Origin: Macrostomum lignano
Taxonomy: Eukaryota
Reading direction: 5' to 3'
DNA length: 37,803 nt
NCBI GenBank assembly: GCA_002269645.1
Contig: NIVC01003572.1
Span: 1-37,803 of the forward strand
The notes below the pieces were generated by a model. That model was not told the origin of the DNA and did not search any database. It saw only the letters and a program-made list of their open reading frames with translations. Made by a program: the position numbers and the translations under genes. This document shows, in pieces, positions 32,201 to 37,803 of this stretch. The stretch's first letter is position 1; each line of letters starts with the position of its first letter.

Positions 32201-34604
32201 TCTGCTTCAGTGTCTCGCAGCTTCTGGCATGCGGCTCGCTTGCTGCGGCAGAATAAGGTTTTGTTGTCGCATACTCCGTCAATATCGCCTGTGTTTGGGG
32301 TGGACATTGGATTGGAGAATAGGGTAGAGAACGAATTGTATAGTACGTTAGAGTAGAGTGGATCAAACAACTGAGGAACAGGGGAGAATTAATTAGCTGA
32401 GTAGATAGGGATTAACTAGAGGAGTAGAGAGTGGATCAGAGCCCCTGCGGCGGTACTTACGCAGCTTAGTTGAGCACACTGGGCGGCCCCAATGGTCCGA
32501 GCCGCCCGAGTGCCGGGGAACTCCGCGATTATCCGGACACGAGCAGCTGAGTCGAAAAGTCGAGCCGTCTTCTGTCAGCAGCGGGCCGTTGCTCCTGGTT
32601 TGAATTGAATGGATTGCTAGTCTAGCCAAACAGCAACTATTAAGATGTGGATTGCTTATCTACCGTCTAAAACCAACTCAAAATTTATTTAGAACTTAAG
32701 GTTTGCTGTGTAGAGCAGCTACCGTCTTCCTCTACGATCGACATCTAGAACTTTCACTCGAGCAATCCTCGCGACAAACATTCAATTAAAATTCAGCTCC
32801 ACCGCTACCGTGGGGCTACTTGAGATGCTGCTCAGCTCGGACAGCCCAGAAGAGGAGAAAAGAAAAAAGTTTTTTTGTCAAGCAGAAGGCGGCACCAGCA
32901 ACAGGAGTAATTTTACAGAGAGGAAACAGAATCTCCCCGTGGTAGAAAAGTTTTGAAAATTAAAGTCGCGAAAGAGGAATCTGCGAAGAAGCGTGAGCTT
33001 GGTCAGGCTTGGTTCAGTGTTTGAGCCCCGGGCACAAGTGCTAATTTGAGGTCAGTTTTAGAACTCCCATACCTACTGGATGCCGAGAACCTGGGTCCAC
33101 TTCTTTCAAAAACTACTAGAAATTTAATACAGTAGTGTTTAGAACCGGTAAGTTAACAATCAGCTGGGAAACTTAAAACTTTGACCATAGTATCATGCAT
33201 CAGACTGCGGCTCTTTTGAACCTTAAGAAAATTTAACTTTCCGTCAATTCTTGAGCTGTAAGTAAAATATGGGTACTCTTGGTCCTGATAGACAGAGCAA
33301 GCAGGGGTCCTATAGAATCTCTTAGATGGACGATTCCATGACTGATTGAGGAAGCTGGGGTCCTATAGAATCTCTTAGATGGACGATTCCATGACTGATT
33401 GAGGAAGCTGGGGTCCTATAGAATCTCTTAGATGGACGATTCCATGACTGATTGAGGAAGCTGGGGTCCTATAGACTCTCTTAGATGGACGATTCCATGA
33501 CTGATTGAGGAAGCTGGGGTCCTATAGACTCTCTTAGATGGACGATTCCATGACTGATTGAGGAAGCTGGGGTCCTATAGACTCTCTTAGATGGACGATT
33601 CCATGACTGATTGAGGAAGCTGGGGTCCTATAGACTCTCTTAGATGGACGATTCCATGACTGATTGAGGAAGCTGGGGTCCTATAGAATCTCTTAGATGG
33701 ACGATTCCATGACTGATTGAGGAAGCTGGGGTCCTATAGACTCTCTTAGATGCACGATTCATGACTGATTGAGGAAGCTGGGGTCCTATAGACTCTCTTA
33801 GATGGACGATTCCATGACTGATTGAGGAAGCTGGGGTCCTATAGACTCTCTTAGATGCACGATTCCATGACATGACTGATTGAGGAAGTCCCAGAGGTCC
33901 TATAGTCAATCTTAGACGGACGATTCCATGACATGACTGATTGAGGAAGCTGGGGTTCCACGATACGCTCAGAAGCAACAATGCTTCATGTAGGATGTAG
34001 TTACAAAAGTTCAAAAAAAGTAAGTTCAACGTTTTTCTTCAAAACAGCGGCGTCATAAAAAGACCTAGCGAACTACTTTGCGACCTGAAAATGCACCCAG
34101 CTCAGATGAACTCTGTCCAGAAAATCCGAGAAAATAGACTTGTTTTACAAGTTTACAACGCCATTAAAGGCTAGGAATGGGCAGCTACTTAAAATGTTTG
34201 CATAATAGGATGGAGTTTTATGACCTAAGCGCCGCACTGCCAGTCCATTAATTTTGTCGCAAAAATTTTTGGTAATTTTTAAAACGAAACAGAATCTTAG
34301 ATGATCTCTGTTTAAACAGGTAGGAACTGTCAGTCCTGATTTGAAAAGGACAGGCAATATGGCGCTGCAACTGCCGGCGTATGTTTGAAGGAAATGATTG
34401 AAAAAAAGACTTGAGGAAGAGAGGAGAAGTGAACTTTCAAGATGGAGCTAGGCTTCGCACGGAAATCAATGATCCCCAATATTGAAGGACTCTGCTGGGG
34501 ATAGCGGACTCACTCGGACAGGTCCTCTTCTTTGAAGCAGACGCCGCCTTCCTCTGAGCAGAACTTGCAGTATTGATGGTCCCGTCCGCTGTTGTAGATC
34601 GGTT
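22628..34604 (-). CDS. EGF-like + ZP-module type-I membrane protein. Exons in transcript order: 34604-34514, 32594-32461, 32288-32130, 31628-31464, 29575-29328, 29099-28942, 28302-28145, 27203-27110, 23871-23700, 23565-23445, 23238-22628. The 5' end was not found.
   Basis: All 11 exons have AG/GT ends and join with consistent phases into one open frame. Three 6-Cys EGF-like units. ZP-N has 4 Cys (VSCGNG, SVCQL, TACGG, LMCTV). ZP-C has LLVKQC, LIDCG and FPAFRLGGSLPTVYFACTVRIC..C.P..C. These are followed by a basic site TKRS, a hydrophobic patch IRLVVI, a 23-aa TM helix and a tail. Confidence 0.82.
23445..23565 (-). CDS. ZP protein exon (KTACKPEKMTKRSPDFGVRELDEEIRLVVIAKHQAKRSEI): cleavage site and external-hydrophobic-patch region
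   Basis: ttccag/gtaaga boundaries, phase 0-1. Confidence 0.78.
23622..23644. repeat. (AT)n microsatellite
   Basis: Directly visible, intronic. Confidence 0.95.
23700..23871 (-). CDS. ZP-C exon (TKVRFQCELSKSRQGTGLHLQQTGSFPAFRLGGSLPTVYFACTVRICQESESIFCDP)
   Basis: ccgcag/gtgggt boundaries, phase 2-0. Contains the ZP-C FxAFxF...VYFxCxVxIC motif. Confidence 0.78.
24205..24940. repeat. Variable ~20-26-bp minisatellite (GCACTCATTTTAGCGCCGCAG+ACAC variants) with a 363-bp higher-order duplication
   Basis: Visible array. The marker unit GCACCTACTTCTGGCGACG occurs at 24271 and 24634. Confidence 0.9.
25861..26703. repeat. 36-bp intronic minisatellite (CAGATCCCGGATACTGTATGCAGGCACACTCTCACA), ~23 copies
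   Basis: Visible array. It leaves four frames open because the period is divisible by 3. Confidence 0.95.
27110..27203 (-). CDS. ZP-C exon (DGYTRLLVKQCTVAAAPRTKSTGSTKLIDCG)
   Basis: tttcag/gtgagt boundaries, phase 1-2. Confidence 0.78.
27423..27486 (+). mobile_element. Internally deleted fragment of the CORE-like SINE
   Basis: TTGTAGCCTAG head is joined almost directly to AAGACATTTAACTCTGCATTGCTTCAGTTCACCCAGCTGTAAAATG, matching 22311-22446. Confidence 0.65.
28145..28302 (-). CDS. ZP linker/ZP-C exon (TGQQNPSGWDLPPKVISGLALWLRVLNRSGFSVSEIEEEDPIQLEILLRDTT)
   Basis: tttcag/gtgaga boundaries, phase 2-1. Confidence 0.78.
28433..28760 (+). mobile_element. Unclassified dispersed repeat, copy 2 (in a ZP gene intron)
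   Basis: Aligns along its length with 21508-21816. Confidence 0.8.
28942..29099 (-). CDS. ZP-N exon (SHTANQKVLKATLRVLWNRNFYTYPDIVVGLMCTVTAQQLGYNDSMDSKIKS)
   Basis: cattcag/gtaagg boundaries, phase 0-2. Confidence 0.78.
29328..29575 (-). CDS. ZP-N exon (VTVSCGNGLMEVTF...SVCQL...TACGGRAVTVTRQ)
   Basis: ccatag/gtgagt boundaries, phase 1-0. Overlaps ORF 29316..29549. Confidence 0.8.
30796..30958 (+). mobile_element. Diverged partial third copy of the dispersed repeat
   Basis: ACAACC.GCG..CTGCCCATT.CGC.GACTCC.TGAGCA...ACAAGCGCGC and CGTCAGG..TGTACACT match copies 1 and 2. Confidence 0.55.
31464..31628 (-). CDS. EGF-like exon 3 (EVLKKELDRCKECADSDPYGTCYSPSNYSRPGCLCPKQLSTPAGKGAKRCSRHH)
   Basis: 6 Cys including CxC. 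tttcag/gtaaga boundaries, phase 1-1. Confidence 0.8.
31768..31995. repeat. 23-bp minisatellite whose units carry the CRE palindrome TGACGTCA
   Basis: Perfect TGACGTCA at 31800, 31823, 31846, 31915 and 31938, with 1-2-mismatch versions in the other units. Confidence 0.88.
32130..32288 (-). CDS. EGF-like exon 2 (DIDGVCDNKTLFCRSKRAACQKLRDTEADFRKCQCPEGHVAVYQPWLKYYEC)
   Basis: 6 Cys. acacag/gtaaga boundaries, phase 1-1. Confidence 0.8.
32461..32594 (-). CDS. EGF-like domain 1, second half (SNGPLLTEDGSTFRLSCSCPDNRGVPRHSGGSDHWGRPVCSTKL)
   Basis: aaccag/gtaagt boundaries, phase 2-1. Confidence 0.7.
33304..33957. repeat. 53-bp minisatellite (GGGGTCCTATAGAATCTCTTAGATGGACGATTCCATGACTGATTGAGGAAGCT), ~12 copies
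   Basis: Units start at 33304, 33357 and so on. Confidence 0.95.
34514..34604 (-). CDS. EGF-like domain 1, first half (PIYNSGRDHQYCKFCSEEGGVCFKEEDLS)
   Basis: attgcag/gtgagt boundaries, phase 1-2. Supplies the three Cys missing from the next exon. Confidence 0.6.
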
Positions 34605-35042
34605 CTGCAATGAGCGATTTGGAGACTTGCAGGCAACCGAGTTACTCTGCTGGGCCATATGTAGGAACTGCCATCTGTCTGCATTAGGCGGAGAGAAATA
34701 ACAAGTTTACAAGCCCGGGGCCCGCATTGTTGCAGATAATGAAGCCAACGGCTGTGCATAATTCATCAATCGATTGTTAGGCGTGTGTTGGATCTAATTT
34801 CATTCTGCTCAAAATTTTTTCTTCTTCTAGCTTTGCTTCCGGCAATCTGTGAGAAAGACTGAAAAATACAGATTTGGAATTAGTATAGATTTCTGTTCAA
34901 ATCGATGGTGAACAAAGCAGAAAAGTAAGTAGGACAGCGGCTTCCGTTGGTAAATACACAATTGCTTTAATTATTGTTGACAAATAATAACATGCAAAAA
35001 AACATTCTCAAAAAATTTCTTTGGGTCATAGTAAAATCATGT

Positions 35043-37803
35043 AGAGATCACACAGAAATCACTCACAGAGATCACACACAGAGATCACACAGAGATCACA
35101 CATAGATATCACACAGAGATCACACAGAGATCACACATAGATATCACACAGAGATCACACAGAGATCACACACAGAGATCACACAGAGATCACACAGAGA
35201 TCACACATAGATATCACACAGAGATCACACAGAGATCACACACAGAGATCACACAGAGATCACACAGAGATCAAACAGCGAGATAACACACAGAGATCAC
35301 ACACAGAAATCCCACACAGAGATCACACACAGATCACACAGAGATCACACACAGAGATCACACACAGAGATCACACACAAAGACCACACACAGAGATCAC
35401 ACACAGAGATCACAGACAGAGATCACACACAGAGATCACACACAGAGATCACACACGAGATCACACAGAGATCACACAGAGATCATACACAGAGATCACA
35501 CAGAGATCACACACAGAGATCACACACAGAGATCACACACAGAGATCACACACAGAGATCACACACAGAGATCACACACAGAGATCACACACAGAGATCA
35601 CACACGAGATCACACACAGAGATCACACACAGAGATCACACACAGAGATCACACAGAGATCACACAGAGATCACACAGAGATCACACAGAGATCACACAG
35701 AGATCACACACAGAGATCACACAGAGATCACACAGAGATCACACACAGAGATCACACAGAGATCACACAGAGATCACACACAGAGATCACACACAGAGAT
35801 CACACACAGAAATCACACAGAGATCACACAGATCACACAGAGATCACACACAGAGATCACACACAGAGATCACACAAGACATCACACAGAGATCACACAC
35901 AGAGATCACACAGAGATCACACAGAGATCACACACAGAGATCACACAGAGATCACACACAGAGATCACACACAGAGATCACACAGAGATCACACAGAGAT
36001 CACACAGAGAGATCACACAGAGATCACACACAGAGATCACACACAGAGATCACACACAGAGATCACACACAGAGATCACACACAGAGATCACACACAGAG
36101 ATCACACACAGAGATCACAGACAGAGATCACACACAGAGATCACACACAGAGATCACACACAGAGATCACACACAGAGATCACACAGAGATCACACAGAG
36201 ATCACACAGAGAGATCACACACAGAGATCACACACAGAGATCACACACAGAGATCACACACAGAGATCACACACAGAGATCACACACAGAGATCACACAC
36301 AGAGATCACACAGAGATCACACACGAGATCACACACAGAGATCACACACAGAGATCACACACAGAGATCACACAGAGATCACACAGAGATCACACAGAGA
36401 TCACACAGAGATCACACAGAGATCACACAGAGATACACACAGAGATCACACAGAGATCACACACAGAGATCACACACAGAGATCACACAGAGATCAACAC
36501 ACCGAGATCACACAGAGATCACACACAGAATCACACACAGAGATCACACAGAGATCACACAGAGATCACACACAGAGATCACACAGAGATCACACACAAG
36601 ACCACACACAGAGATCACACACAGAGATCACACAGAGATCACACAGAGATCACACAGAGATCACAGACAGAGATCACACACAGAGATCACACACAGAGAT
36701 CACACACAGAGATCACACACAGAGATCACACACAGAGATCACACACAGAGATCACACACAGATATCACACAGAGATCACACAGAGATCACACACAGAGAT
36801 CACACACAGAGATCACACACAGAGATCACACACAGAGATCACACACAGAGATCACACACAGAGATCACACACAGAGATCACACACAGAGATCACACACAG
36901 AGATCACACACGAGATCACACACAGAGAACACACACAGAGATCACACACAGATATCACACAGAGATCACACAGAGATCACACATAGATATCACACAGAGA
37001 TCACACAGAGATCACACATAGATATCACACAGAGATCACACAGAGATCACACACAGAGATCACACAGAGATCACACAGAGATCAAACACAGAGATCACAC
37101 ACAGAGATCACACACAGAGATCACACACAGAGATCACACCAGAGATCACACAGAGATCACACACAGAGATCACACACAGAGATCACACACAGATCACACA
37201 CAGAGATCACACACAGAGATCACACACAGAGATCACACACAGAGATCACACACAGAGATCACACAGAGATCACACACAGAGATCACACACAGAGATCACA
37301 CAGAGATCACACAGAGATCACACAGAAGATCACCACAGAGATCACACACAGAGATCACACACAGAGATCACACACAGAGATCACACACAGAGATCACACA
37401 CAGAGATACACACAGAGATCACACACAGAGATCACACACAGAGATCACACACAGAGATCACACAGAGATCACACACAGAGATCACACAGAGATCACACAG
37501 AGATCACACAGAGATCACACACAGAAATCACACACAGAGATCACACACAGAGATCACACACAGAGATCACACACAGAGATCACACAGAGATCACACACAG
37601 AGATCACACACAGAGATCACACACAGAGATCACACACAGATCACACACAGAGATCACACACAGAGATCACACACAGATATCACACAGAGATCACACAGAG
37701 ATCACACATAAGATATCACACAGAGATCCACACAGAGATCACACATAGATATTCACACAGAGATCACACAGAGTCACACAAACAGAGATCACACAGAGAT
37801 CAC
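35043..37803. repeat. Simple satellite of mixed 11/13-bp units GAGATCACACA / GAGATCACACACA, at least 2.75 kb, runs off the window end
   Basis: Directly visible. Confidence 0.97.

Noticed and set aside
33640-34029. Signal-peptide exon for the ZP gene
   Set aside because: It has no in-frame ATG (TTG start), runs into the 53-bp repeat, and lies between exons already joined in frame.
34605-34760. Two tiny upstream exons with 32- and 41-nt introns giving an MHSRWLHY start
   Set aside because: The frame can be made to work, but the introns are very short and the peptide is not signal-like. It is too speculative without cDNA.
1-37803. Tandem arrays as CRISPR arrays
   Set aside because: Units are head-to-tail with no unique spacers, there are no cas genes, and the DNA is intron-containing eukaryotic sequence.

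Overview
This is repeat-rich eukaryotic (animal) genomic DNA with spliceosomal introns, not a prokaryotic locus. GC-rich exons and a minisatellite in most large introns would fit a free-living flatworm such as Macrostomum, but that is an unverified inference. Three spliced genes were reconstructed by hand from splice sites and exon phase. (1) The 3' four exons of an M17 leucyl aminopeptidase (+, 863-4292), with two apparent 1-nt deletions. (2) A probably secreted protein with a signal peptide, short acidic/Ser-Thr-Pro linker exons and six WSC domains on symmetric phase-1 exons (+, 8529 to ~18.8 kb). It contains a near-identical internal duplication, four GC-AG introns and two related intronic minisatellites. 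(3) A type-I membrane protein with 3 EGF-like domains, a ZP module, a TM helix and a ~165-aa cytoplasmic tail (-, 22628 to at least 34604). The rest is about a dozen minisatellite/satellite families, a P-element/THAP9-like transposase relic, tRNA-derived CORE-like SINE copies, two inverted-repeat (MITE-like) elements and a three-copy dispersed repeat. Most long ORFs in the supplied track are artefacts of tandem repeats. No CRISPR array, rRNA or true tRNA gene is supported. The best candidate for an undescribed system is the modular, apparently still-evolving multi-WSC gene. Its novelty cannot be established without database searches.
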